Shown: positions 13,801 to 20,915 of the stretch, in pieces | How positions within the stretch are numbered: the stretch's first letter is position 1 | How the letters are laid out: each line of letters opens with the position of its first letter | From: a virus | Taxonomy: Duplodnaviria; Heunggongvirae; Uroviricota; Caudoviricetes | Virus record (IMG/VR): IMGVR_UViG_3300020050_007388 | Coordinates: 15,730-79,729 of that record | Reading direction: 5' to 3' (one strand) | DNA: 64,000 nucleotides | Notes under the pieces: generated by a model | Databases searched by the model: none | Told to the model about the DNA's origin: nothing | What the model saw: the letters and a program-made list of their open reading frames with translations, nothing else | Made by a program: the position numbers and the translations under genes

Positions 13801-14476
13801 GTTTACTGATAATCTCAATAAAGCTGCTGTAGCTGAAGGTATTCGTCAAGATCTTCCAATAGACTATCTGCTAGATGTTAGTAACTTAGGTTTAAAACGT
13901 TCTGTTAGAGGAGCATCATTTAATACTATGAATACAAATTTCATAAAAGATAGAGCTAAGACTAAGACTGTTGTTCATGAATTGGTTCACTTAACTCTTC
14001 AAAAAGAATACGAAAAGAACGGTGAATTTAAACAGAAGATAGATGAACTATGGAGTTATTCTGATGATAGAGCTAAATCTGATAGTTATGGATTTACAAG
14101 TCCTAAAGAGTTTTTAGCTGAAGCTTTAAGTAATCCTGATTTTATGCAAGAGTTAAATGAGATTCAATACAAAGAAGAAACTATCTGGTCATATTTAATG
14201 ACTTTAGTATCTGACTTTATTAATAATTTGTTGAATGTAGAACTAAAATCAGATTCAGTATTAGCTGAAGTTGTAAGACTTTCAGAACAAGTATTAAACA
14301 ATAACGTCAAGGAAATGTCTAAAGATAAACCAATTGAAATATCTTCAGTAAAAAGTGAAATCTTAGACAATTGGGATAATTATTTCCCAAGATATTCTTG
14401 GATGAATGATACACAAAAACAAATGACAGCCAAACTCGTAGAGGAAGGTAAAATCAATTTAACTTGTAAAATATGA
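4859..14476 (+). CDS. giant multidomain 'polyvalent'-type protein (3205 aa): N-terminal HExxH zincin-like motif, central RecD/Pif1-like SF1 helicase domain, second HExxH near the C-terminus
   Basis: HEAFH at aa ~83 (nt ~5105). Walker A GRGGTGKTT (nt ~11806), Walker B IIIVDEASM, GDNAQLPPVG and ITSHKAQGSTY (nt ~12930), the characteristic RecD/Pif1/TraA (AAA_30 + UvrD_C_2) motif set in the right order. VVHELVHL at nt ~13967. Stop overlaps the next start (ATGA at 14473-14476). Confidence 0.8.
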   Translation: MADCTFVYKGKSYSKDRITRLLVDELPVRSQQEGINFLKEFLGMTDDEIIIIKGLIDGKSIGRFKSDGKILLSDLAETGVAYHEAFHRVWRMFLTNEERLQAIKEVKARKNIQLTIDGYREVYPKLSENELIEEILADEFSDFKMNEDYKTELPIKTFFQRLWNFLKKLVGLKTSDVQLIYDKILSKTYKTAPQSVQQYLKDADKVLIQGHEFSVEEKNELIQVMTQQFVKAMLDLNGNIDVFLNSPTVKMKQLVEDYVITNMLSDMMDAGVNEDLVSAVFQDVEAWVESNKFEDSIFVNGMVQNLKLIGLVIKDDSEDLSEGALEGEEKQAREYGASIEIDPKSKMGKKIKLLLSSFSDPNEKTTNFGFPKPVGWTKAFVQIATKMAGIPTSVFREELKALNVPYIQDLIEILEKDVVFGNEFISTMAMTENKFMKMNYKNGDIYFFDANSGTRRDKLVGEWKNNLIRKVENWDEWKAEAAELERKKGSVSDEEIMDHFGLVLNFQIPDLRSDLNFILSLVDKYKGDKPDPSRLFEQLGIKGYVNTLAEKQSAYEDHVDLMVMLGSKKLYTLGLNTQQTQVVNGVKYAQSKFTPDMTTSQKIELLKEFAPFQVSEFNITKLESGEYLIHNKWLEKILEGEKLELVIPYQVDTQSGEDSEIAKLEESDLMALHLNGALQGVNISMKHADRGTFFAYTFGNNKPLYTKQGNVADTLKILERNIIEQIELEAKFYNNMLERNIPVQYIGEQDIDNKNVDKQKFGAFSKDIIGVDDFKTLLATGEVPNKSKITEFVSKAFEDYKKSVEAYGLLGEFSEPVYKDGKRTGEIKKLKGVNNNLRFQYANLDLLLASAFTNEVSSHIFEVRFFSGDVRSFKSGTDLFKRLAPQSSTGNLTVTDNVANEDVRVKLDQDFEILNPVTGETVIVNPSKNIGEGKDKYFRAVTGAERSNYKSHLLEPALSSTGKPLVSKLTGNNESKLFMMFEDGFIKDFPNTSLDELKKTYLPKFKLYEEKYADVNENDGISYMVLPAFKNFMLKQGKWTEGMETVYQTEMKIAQLTNINDIANIEITVKGVTFKPFEIKSEEVNGKKVDGWKKRVVNGKLISLEAVHTLKTQFAGYSTPEEYFDEAKSELEYWFNTIFKTSQHLLLPSAILGTNLQLMNFSLLSNGIDIYHMGSANKVGGVDAKLAAKNITSNNDDIRNTRKFLPDIQERGLDFYNKEGFFNHEALTENLDILSYLSAWDNQKNQVQIGNKVKDEIKGSTQSLKILLSNLVVNSTERFVGAKQLIDDYKEVVSLMVQGNHTNLLNKIGFNYDSNEFESLDKLKKAVLESSQMQSAPENTRNAVENFFNDPSLGIEAVPMKNKIENVLYALITNGIISFDRPGSSYPQAAVTGYEKLGSRTFNEDGTQRTNQDTLKFYNPIFDEDGNVTEMEAAEVIMPLPDYWIKPLLRWAKTNNLVKALEKLNSDIPNRPELFQFKGLRIPNQQLSSNDFFQVKRFTLPTMQNYIIIPSEMVTKTGGDFDIDSIKLYWASDTESKIFSKITEEEVQDKYENYLETSEDENPLTYEEFKAFYNSTLDRVLLEQEKNLLLHPRNAHHLLMPLTDEIFVKDIYNELVSEGLIEEPAKSFFGAMLPTTNVKNAVIFVKGKYGVGPVALGITNSATNQADTLSISQNYVNQDNVARPTKLLFEGLEETYTLDNYTDNKGTVISEILSQLLTTQVDNVKNPTAVLMNINMQTLGVMLYLIRRKVNPKSVVLLLQQPLIKQYLIAQRQNESLFNKNADSVSNAKGNRKAELSKKDLIAKLLSENGYSETELVDPYLVIGSTSVETEGLQVFRDESGNLIYDESNINVVLTDKLWSMSDRNMMSEAKAKSPNKQQQLLYLSYFVDELQPQARAFSDFQQTQNSDTKGLKDKQMLDESDVIYGRTRLSGIIASWDVSRLNNTGVISPFYQFGRKSYRIYDRFYSLLSSPFAGVLTDFKNKAAAIAPSASKDRVRQTIENDFILFLVHNYILTKDEFNRLMKGDETTKSVALRVKDLKLVLPSNLVLKAFFPMLSNSIDQLDNKRVDNLRLFEKELNSLDNNDLRLSLEEIAETDLDLYTDIVKLLMFQTGLNISPFNYRSVIPVGLDQNRTEYNEYQYLYADILKNAVKTMESKVRNQKEAELIFKDFQTLFAANNPQFLRKNFYHPLYPYPLARSWDRKTQMFTLHPNDGKGLPNTNITQPTLGNAYMKQYFLSGKITNSKNPNVEKEALNKTFEQTVFNEETEVTTNSPQAEVLSKYELFPGVFANQGQTEALDKLVTFLSSNEQEFTLIGRGGTGKTTIIKKILETQKGKSILGITVAHKAKKILGRSIGKDKVKTVASALAIKLDESTGDFVPDQFAREKGRVPIKYADIIIVDEASMISPKIYAEIMSLKARGAKVIFMGDNAQLPPVGEDVDSPVFGIKNQYTLVEKMRQAKTSPIINVGSIVADNIESKEVKLVAIPDSERKNKFDNISRSQIIFTSNEDEALESLVSDFLGSGGINPDTVKAVTFNNEKHNAPQSVKNLNDKIRIKLWGDQVKNQFNEGELLTAYDSYSRDIGASEDEVPVHNSDDFIVTAIETRKSEKIKVFAVSQKMGRREFTTTYDVIYLNLLDSEGKEVPGGIPVIANSSKEKYNEDMAQLWQSDKQLAFVLKNQFANLQYGYAITSHKAQGSTYTNTYVFEDNILGRTNAGDAITKNKSLYVAVSRPTDKLVMISERNEGSTDPVTQPKVEKTIDSVVKNFVKQDILKVSPIQAADKKAVVKASISNKFIGFAEGIPGSSTEEYRKQTGTLANTGDYNSKDIIFVSVPGNRGSETTRKVQQDRTIKEAIKALESGATIIVDNKAYIDSSSYNSGEKRLAQNLEAKGFIYSEITVDNQLLGVWNKQAVEDWSDFQSIFELDKSQSNYSPSLKMYEGFINLNQLYIGDEILPFIGESEYYRYLVPMLLNMNPKAQTMFTDNLNKAAVAEGIRQDLPIDYLLDVSNLGLKRSVRGASFNTMNTNFIKDRAKTKTVVHELVHLTLQKEYEKNGEFKQKIDELWSYSDDRAKSDSYGFTSPKEFLAEALSNPDFMQELNEIQYKEETIWSYLMTLVSDFINNLLNVELKSDSVLAEVVRLSEQVLNNNVKEMSKDKPIEISSVKSEILDNWDNYFPRYSWMNDTQKQMTAKLVEEGKINLTCKI

Positions 14477-17400
14477 ATTGTACAACACCAGATGATTTCA
14501 ACTCAGCAATTGAGTTTGGTAGAATTATTAATGAAACAAAGCCTAATCAAGCAGCTGAAGTAACCGTTACATTCCTGGATAATACGTCTGGGAATGTAAC
14601 TAAACTTGATAAATCATATCAAGCTATTGGTGGAACAGCTAAGATTAAGGAGAGTGTTACAGAGAAAGCTGGAAGATTAAAACCTTTTAGAGGTAAAGCT
14701 AATCCACTGTTGGATCAGCAGGCTGATCTTGGACAATATGTTCACGATGTATCAGAAATGATTACTCAAGATATTGTGAATGCAATTGGTGATAAATCTA
14801 ATGACTATGCACTAACTTATGTCAAGAACATAAATACCATTGACGAAGAAGGTTTAAAAAAAATAAATCAAATGTATGGAAAAACTTTAGATAATAAATC
14901 TAAAGTTAGAGTTTTGGAAGGAGTTAAAGAGAATTTGTTAATTATTTACCGTCAACAAAGAACCATTAACAAACTAACTGGAAAAGAAGGTAAAGTAACT
15001 ATCAGATTAAAACAAATAGTTATTGATCCAAAAAACGGAATTGGTGGAACCATAGACTTCTTAGCTATATTTTCAGATAATACTGCAGCTATCATAGATT
15101 ATAAAACCAAAATTGTTACATCAAGCAATCAAGATGCTTTTGGAAATATTATCAATATTGACAAAGTAATTTATCCTCAAGCTGTTGAAAAGTATAAACT
15201 ACAAACTGGTGAATATGGTAGGATCTTAAGAGAATCTTATGGAGTAAAATCTATTGCTAATATAACTATTATTCCAATTAAGATTAATGTTAAATTGGAT
15301 AAGAAGTTAGGTAAGTATGGAAACAAAATTGAGAACTTAGCTTTTCCTGGGCAAGATCCATTGTTAGAGAAAATCTTACCTTTTAGTAACTCAACCAGAT
15401 TTAAATCTTTAGATGAATTTATTCGAGCAATTGATGAGCGTATTCAAAAGTTGGAACAAAAAATTAAGTCTAATCCTAGTCAAAGAGAGGAACTTTCCAA
15501 AAGAATTAAAGAATTGAATAACGGAAGAAAAGATATTCTCATTAACCATAACATGGATACCATCCTAAATTACGGTAAGAGTTTGTCAGAGAAGGTTAAA
15601 AAAGGGGAAATGGGAGAATTAAGTGTTTCTGAATTACAAGATTTAATTCATGAAATGCAGCTGTTAGCCAGTATTGCAGAATCTACCTATGAATATCGTA
15701 AGAGTTTAAAAGGAACTACCAAAGAGAAAGATCTGGATGAAATAGAACAAAAAATTGGATTAATTACACGAGAATTAAAAGATAGAATTGAAGAACTAAA
15801 AGTAGTTTTATTTGAAGACAAGATTACCAAACTAATTGAGATTCACACGGGTTATAAAATAACAGATGATTTTGGAAATTACGTTCCATTTGCTCAAGAA
15901 GGTTATATGGGAAAATGGTTTTATCAGTTAAGTCAATATGATAATCCAATCTTTAAAACTTTAAGATCTATCTTAGATGACATTAATTACAAAGTAAGAC
16001 AAAAGACAGAAGCTGTAGTTGAAAATATTAAAGAAACGGAGGATAAAGTTTATACTTGGTTAAACAATACTGGTAGATCATTTGAGGATTTAATCACAAT
16101 TATGATTAATCCAAAAAATGATAACTTTTGGGGCAAGTATAGTTCTGAATACTTTGATAAAATTAATTCAGCAAAACCTGAAGAACTACATACCTTTTAT
16201 GAACCTTCAGAAACATATGAAGAATGGTATACTCAAGCTTTATTCAAAAAAGCTAATCAGTTAAAAGATGAAGGAGTTACAGGAGAAGAATTGAATAAGC
16301 TTATTAATAGTTGGGTTAGTCAAAATGATTTGTCTGTAGTGGATGGTGAAGCTGTACATCCTGAAGCTTGGGAACAAGCTAAAAGATTTAACAGGTTACA
16401 TCTAAAAGACAATCCAAAAGCTTATAATGAAAATTATAAATTTATCATGTCTGTTCCTGAACTGAAAGCGTACTATGAAATGTTTGAAACTTATAATAAA
16501 GAGTTTAGAGGTATGTTAGGTGTTGATTATAATCAATTACCTAATAACTTCTTACCTAATATTAGAAAGTCAATGACAGAAAGAGTAGCTGAACATGGTG
16601 CTGGAGGTCTACTAACTGGAGTCCAAGATTACTTGAAGGATTTTTCAATTAGGGAAGAAGATAGATCAGCAGATTCTACATACAACTCTAATTCTCAAAT
16701 TCCAATCTTTTTCTTAAATCCGTTTAGAGCTGAAGATAAAAGTTTAATGATTGGTGAAAAGTCATACCAGTTTGGTAGATCTTTAGCAATCTTTGCTAAA
16801 ATGGCTTATAATTATGAAGCTTCTACAGAACAGGAAGCTAATATCTTAGCACTACAAGAATTCTTAAGTACTGAAGCTGAACAACTAACTCAATCTAGAG
16901 GTAGAAACCTGATTGATAAAATGGGTAATAATTTGACAGAGAAGTTACAAGCTACAGAATTACCAGAGATATTTCAATCTTTTGTTGATATGTACTTGTA
17001 TAGAATTAATGTTAAATCTATTATTGGTGATAAGTCAGGTAAGGCTGAAAAAATGTTATTAAAAGCCAAAGAATATTTTACTTTAAAAGTCTTAGGTTTT
17101 AACGTTATTGCAGGTTTAGGTTCTCTAGCTACTGCTAAGATCAACTCTATGATTGAAGCTAACAAAGGTATTATTTTTAACAAAGATAATTACACAGAAG
17201 CTATGAAAGCTTCATGGTCTGAAAGAGATAAGTTTTTAGCTATCAACGCATACTTTGATCCAATGTCACATCGCTTAAATAATCCTGCTATTGGAGGAGA
17301 AAAAAAATATGGTGAAAGACAATATGGAGATCCTACCATGAGAGGTTGGGTAAACAAATATGTTAATGCTAGAATGTTGATGAACACATTTTCTATTGGT

Positions 17401-18474
17401 GATGAATACATTGAGGAAATGATTACTGCAGCTATGGCTAAAAATTATTACTTAGATAGTTTAGGTAATTTCCGAAGAGTTAAAAATGAAGCTGATAGAC
17501 AATTAAATGAGAAAAGATTAATTTGGAATTTATTTTCTTATTCTAAAGAGGATGGTGCTAAATTAGATTTGACTCCTGAACAAACTGAAATAGCTTTTAA
17601 GAAGTTTAGAAGAGCTGTACAAGCTGGACAATCTAGGATTAAAGGTACTATTCCAGAAGAAGATAAAGCGCATTGGCAGAATAATATTGTAATGCAATTA
17701 GTAATGCATTTCAAATCTTGGATGCCAGGTATTATGTTTGAAAGATTTGGTAAGGTTAAATTTGATGATAGAATTCAAAGCATTTATCTTGGAAAATATG
17801 TTGCTTTAGGTAAGGAATTAATTATACCTGAAGATATGGTATTTCAAGAATACGTTAAAAAGATACTATTACCTAAACTTAGCAAGTTAACTGCTCATGT
17901 GTTGACTTTTGGTATATTTGGTAAGACTAAATTGAATGATGTTCACAATAAGCAGTTGTTTTTTGAAAAGTGGTTGGAAGCCAATCCACATTTTAAGGGT
18001 GAAGTATCTTTTGAGGATTTCAATGAGGTGCAGCAAAAGCAGTTAAAGTCTGTTGTTCAGGAACTTAGAGTACTAATAATGTTTACAATACTAGCTTTAC
18101 TTATGATGGGTGATTGGGATGATGATAATATTCCTGACTACCGTAAATATTTGTTAACTAGAAAAATAGTAAGTGCTCTTTTAAAAACTCAACAAGAACT
18201 TAGTTTTGTATTTGATCCAGCTTCCTTTGCATCTATGGTAAAATCACCTATTCCATCAATAGGGCTTATAATTGATGCTCAGAAGACTATTGTCAATACT
18301 TTTGATGAACTTTTTGATTTAGCTTTTGGGGAGGAAAGATTAATTGGTGGGACTGACGGTAAGGACAAAACTCCAATTGGGTCACAATCAATTAAGTGGG
18401 TGCCTGGACTTGGAGGTTTTGCTCGTTTTATAGATTTTTTTAATGCTGATACTCAATATTTAAATACGCAATAA
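14473..18474 (+). CDS. giant virion-associated protein (1333 aa), unknown function
   Basis: 4-kb ORF translationally coupled (ATGA) to the 3205-aa ORF. Probable hydrophobic segment near aa ~1190 (VLIMFTILALLMMG). No recognised catalytic motif. Confidence 0.7.
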   Translation: MNCTTPDDFNSAIEFGRIINETKPNQAAEVTVTFLDNTSGNVTKLDKSYQAIGGTAKIKESVTEKAGRLKPFRGKANPLLDQQADLGQYVHDVSEMITQDIVNAIGDKSNDYALTYVKNINTIDEEGLKKINQMYGKTLDNKSKVRVLEGVKENLLIIYRQQRTINKLTGKEGKVTIRLKQIVIDPKNGIGGTIDFLAIFSDNTAAIIDYKTKIVTSSNQDAFGNIINIDKVIYPQAVEKYKLQTGEYGRILRESYGVKSIANITIIPIKINVKLDKKLGKYGNKIENLAFPGQDPLLEKILPFSNSTRFKSLDEFIRAIDERIQKLEQKIKSNPSQREELSKRIKELNNGRKDILINHNMDTILNYGKSLSEKVKKGEMGELSVSELQDLIHEMQLLASIAESTYEYRKSLKGTTKEKDLDEIEQKIGLITRELKDRIEELKVVLFEDKITKLIEIHTGYKITDDFGNYVPFAQEGYMGKWFYQLSQYDNPIFKTLRSILDDINYKVRQKTEAVVENIKETEDKVYTWLNNTGRSFEDLITIMINPKNDNFWGKYSSEYFDKINSAKPEELHTFYEPSETYEEWYTQALFKKANQLKDEGVTGEELNKLINSWVSQNDLSVVDGEAVHPEAWEQAKRFNRLHLKDNPKAYNENYKFIMSVPELKAYYEMFETYNKEFRGMLGVDYNQLPNNFLPNIRKSMTERVAEHGAGGLLTGVQDYLKDFSIREEDRSADSTYNSNSQIPIFFLNPFRAEDKSLMIGEKSYQFGRSLAIFAKMAYNYEASTEQEANILALQEFLSTEAEQLTQSRGRNLIDKMGNNLTEKLQATELPEIFQSFVDMYLYRINVKSIIGDKSGKAEKMLLKAKEYFTLKVLGFNVIAGLGSLATAKINSMIEANKGIIFNKDNYTEAMKASWSERDKFLAINAYFDPMSHRLNNPAIGGEKKYGERQYGDPTMRGWVNKYVNARMLMNTFSIGDEYIEEMITAAMAKNYYLDSLGNFRRVKNEADRQLNEKRLIWNLFSYSKEDGAKLDLTPEQTEIAFKKFRRAVQAGQSRIKGTIPEEDKAHWQNNIVMQLVMHFKSWMPGIMFERFGKVKFDDRIQSIYLGKYVALGKELIIPEDMVFQEYVKKILLPKLSKLTAHVLTFGIFGKTKLNDVHNKQLFFEKWLEANPHFKGEVSFEDFNEVQQKQLKSVVQELRVLIMFTILALLMMGDWDDDNIPDYRKYLLTRKIVSALLKTQQELSFVFDPASFASMVKSPIPSIGLIIDAQKTIVNTFDELFDLAFGEERLIGGTDGKDKTPIGSQSIKWVPGLGGFARFIDFFNADTQYLNTQ

Positions 18475-19140
18475 ATGGATACTTCAGGAGTTTATAGAAT
18501 TAAAAACTTAGTCAACAATAAGATCTATATTGGTTCCAGTGTAACTGTAGAAAAGAGATTGTTAAAACATAAAAATGAGTTACTTAAAAATATTCATTGC
18601 AACAATCATCTTCAGAATGCATATAATAAATACGGGTTAGAAAATTTTATATTTGAAAAACTTGTAGATTGTCCCAGGATTATTAAAGAACTTCGTGAGA
18701 TGGAACAATATTTAAAAGATTTTTATCAAGCTGAATATAACATTCGAGATAAAGTTGATTCTAATGAAGGTATGAAATTCTCAGACGAACATAAAGCTAA
18801 AATTAGTGCTGCTCATAAAGGTAAGACTTTATCAGAAGAAACTAAAGAAAAGCTGAGGATCATTAATACTGGTAAGAAAGCTTCAGAAGAAACACTGTTG
18901 AAGAGAGGTCTTATTTTCAAAGGTAGAAAACAAAATCCTGAATGGATAGAAAAAAGAGCTAGTTCTAAAAGAATTCCTATTTATCAATTTGATAAAGCAT
19001 CAGGTTTTATAAAAGAATTTCGATCCATTGCTGATGCAAGTAGAGAGTTGGGTATTCAACACATTAATATTATTAAGTGTGCAAAAAGTCAAAGAAACCA
19101 TGCAGGAGGATTTATTTGGAAATATGAGAACGTACAATAA
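18475..19140 (+). CDS. GIY-YIG homing endonuclease (I-TevI/Seg-like) with NUMOD-type C-terminal repeats
   Basis: N-terminus GVYRIKNLVNNKIYIGSS ... RLLKH ... NAYNKYGLENFIFE matches the GIY-YIG catalytic core. Repeated K/H-rich segments (KISAAHKGKTLSEETKEKLRI) follow. ATG is immediately after the giant ORF's stop. Confidence 0.8.
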   Translation: MDTSGVYRIKNLVNNKIYIGSSVTVEKRLLKHKNELLKNIHCNNHLQNAYNKYGLENFIFEKLVDCPRIIKELREMEQYLKDFYQAEYNIRDKVDSNEGMKFSDEHKAKISAAHKGKTLSEETKEKLRIINTGKKASEETLLKRGLIFKGRKQNPEWIEKRASSKRIPIYQFDKASGFIKEFRSIADASRELGIQHINIIKCAKSQRNHAGGFIWKYENVQ

Positions 19141-19156
19141 AAGGTTAAATTTTTTA

Positions 19157-19198
19157 AAGGGATGTCTAGCTGTAATGGCTAGCATCCCTTTTATTTTA
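19157..19198. terminator. bidirectional rho-independent terminator between convergent plus and minus gene blocks
   Basis: GGGATG(T)CTAGC-tgtaatg-GCTAGCATCCC hairpin. A-run on the 5' side (tttttaaa) and T-run on the 3' side (ttttatttt). Sits between the stop of the + strand HE (19140) and the stop of the minus ORF (19196). Confidence 0.7.
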
Positions 19199-19666
19199 AT
19201 ATAATCTATCATACTCGGAACTTGTTAATCCATAATCAAACAAAACTTTCCTCTTACCTATTAATCCAAATTGGTCACAATCTCCTCTAATAACTTCAAA
19301 ACAATCTACTAAATACCTTTCAAGTTCAGGAGAAGCTTCTAGTACTTCATAATTATCATTTCGTTTTTTAATTCCTGAAACTCTTTTTTGAATTAACCAA
19401 GTTCCATTAATTGCATCTGCTTTTTTAACTTGTGCTAAAAAACGTTTATAATAAACCGGCATATCTCTATAAACTCGATATTCATTTAAGTTTTGAGAAA
19501 TACCTTTTTCATTATAAGCAACTTTTAGAACATATTGGTCATTTATTGGAATAACAATTCTAGCACTACCTTTCCTCTTCCTTGTTGTTGGAAAAGATTT
19601 AGAAATAATTTTTTTAACTGCTGTGTAAGATTGAGCTTGTTCAATTTGTTTTAACAATTCTTTCAT
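19196..19666 (-). CDS. hypothetical protein (156 aa)
   Basis: ORF. Last gene of the minus-strand block. No motif recognised. Confidence 0.5.
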   Translation of the reverse strand: MKELLKQIEQAQSYTAVKKIISKSFPTTRKRKGSARIVIPINDQYVLKVAYNEKGISQNLNEYRVYRDMPVYYKRFLAQVKKADAINGTWLIQKRVSGIKKRNDNYEVLEASPELERYLVDCFEVIRGDCDQFGLIGKRKVLFDYGLTSSEYDRLY

Positions 19667-20115
19667 TATAAAATTCCTTTTTGAATTAACAGTTTTTCAA
19701 TTTCTGCCCAATCTGCAAATGGTCTGTCAGATACAGTTGGAACAAATTTAAGTGGACATCCTAAAGCAGCATCATCTATATAAAGTTGAGCATAACATTT
19801 TGGACTTGATGTCCAATTATCTTGGCTAGGATTTCTTTGTATTCCATATAATGGAATATCATTATCTTCAAACCATTTAATAGCTTGAGCTAAATAGTCT
19901 CCTGCATGAATTTCATATTCACTTGCAGATGTAGATTGTTCTTGTCCATCACATCTCATTGTCCATAAAATTAATTGGTGCCCCTTATCTACTAATTGTC
20001 TTAGTACATGTTGAGCACCAATACTTACACCTAATTCTGGAAATGAATGTGTAACACAAGTTCCATCAAAATCTACTGCTATTGTCATTTCATCCAAAGT
20101 AAATAATGAGTTCAA
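19666..20115 (-). CDS. HAD-superfamily phosphatase (small, 149 aa)
   Basis: IAVDFDGTCV matches the HAD motif I DxDGT, as in the T4 Pnkp 3'-phosphatase (DVDGT). Downstream GHQLILWTMR and KxxxD-like region. Confidence 0.45.
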   Translation of the reverse strand: MNSLFTLDEMTIAVDFDGTCVTHSFPELGVSIGAQHVLRQLVDKGHQLILWTMRCDGQEQSTSASEYEIHAGDYLAQAIKWFEDNDIPLYGIQRNPSQDNWTSSPKCYAQLYIDDAALGCPLKFVPTVSDRPFADWAEIEKLLIQKGIL

Positions 20116-20128
20116 CAGGATCTCTCAT

Positions 20129-20800
20129 TTAGATACTATTCCTAATTTCATAAGTAAAGAATGCTTGTAGCAACTTGTAAAACTCAGAATTTGGTTGACC
20201 TAAGATGTAATGCATATCTGGTGTACCATTCTCTGCAATATACTTAGCAATAGTATTTCTAAGATAAGGTTTAGCCATATCTTTAATATTAACCAAAGTT
20301 CCTTTATTTTTACTCAAGTGCTTACCTGCTGGTACACGAATCCAAATCTTATGATTATCTGAGGTGTACTTACCACTAAATTGTAAACCAAGTTGGTTAA
20401 ACAATTCTTTAAAATTATCCAATGGAAAATCATTTTTTCTTACAATACTTTTAAGAGCTACTTTTGTAACAGGTTTACCAGCATTTATTAAAGAGTCACA
20501 ATATAGACCCAAAATAGAAACCGTTAGTGGTTGAGGAATTGTATAAATTCTATATCTACGATCATCAGATACTTCATATTCTAAATCTAAACTTTGAAGA
20601 AATCCTGAAACCCATTGTTGAGACCAGTACTCATTAGTATAATTTGTGATTAAATAATTTTTAAAATCCAACGAGGTAATCGTTGAATTAAATGTTGACC
20701 ATTGGTCAAATGCTTCAGTTGCTTGTTCTGTCTTTGTCATTACTATTTTGTTTAATTTGATCTTGTCTGATTTCCCATTGCCGTCTACAAGCAATTCCAT
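20129..20800 (-). CDS. hypothetical protein (223 aa)
   Basis: ORF only. Confidence 0.5.
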   Translation of the reverse strand: MELLVDGNGKSDKIKLNKIVMTKTEQATEAFDQWSTFNSTITSLDFKNYLITNYTNEYWSQQWVSGFLQSLDLEYEVSDDRRYRIYTIPQPLTVSILGLYCDSLINAGKPVTKVALKSIVRKNDFPLDNFKELFNQLGLQFSGKYTSDNHKIWIRVPAGKHLSKNKGTLVNIKDMAKPYLRNTIAKYIAENGTPDMHYILGQPNSEFYKLLQAFFTYEIRNSI

Positions 20801-20915
20801 GAGCCATTAAATGTAATGCACTCCCAGTAATTAATTGTTCACAATATGGACATCTAATTGTTTGAGTATCATCTCCTGAGCCATATTGTAATTCCATTTC
20901 TCCAAGTGTTCCCAT
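20715..20915 (-). CDS. small Cys/His-rich putative zinc-binding protein (66 aa)
   Basis: CPYCEQ ... HLMAHGIAC pattern. Overlaps the start region of the 223-aa ORF, so one of the two start assignments is probably shorter. Confidence 0.3.
   Translation of the reverse strand: MGTLGEMELQYGSGDDTQTIRCPYCEQLITGSALHLMAHGIACRRQWEIRQDQIKQNSNDKDRTSN

Noticed and set aside
4859-14476. Possibility that the 3205-aa protein is an N4-like virion RNA polymerase
   Set aside because: I found none of the single-subunit RNAP motifs (T/DxxGR palm, RxxxKxxxxxxYG motif B, HDS motif C) while scanning the translation. The recognisable enzymatic core is a RecD/Pif1-type helicase instead.
20715-20915. Treating every ORF-track 'M' as an ATG start
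   Set aside because: At 48442 the listed Met is actually a TTG codon, so the track evidently allows alternative starts. Start coordinates of short or overlapping ORFs (20715..20915, 34063..34395, 39447..39677, 58603..58902) were therefore down-weighted rather than interpreted as unusual long overlaps.
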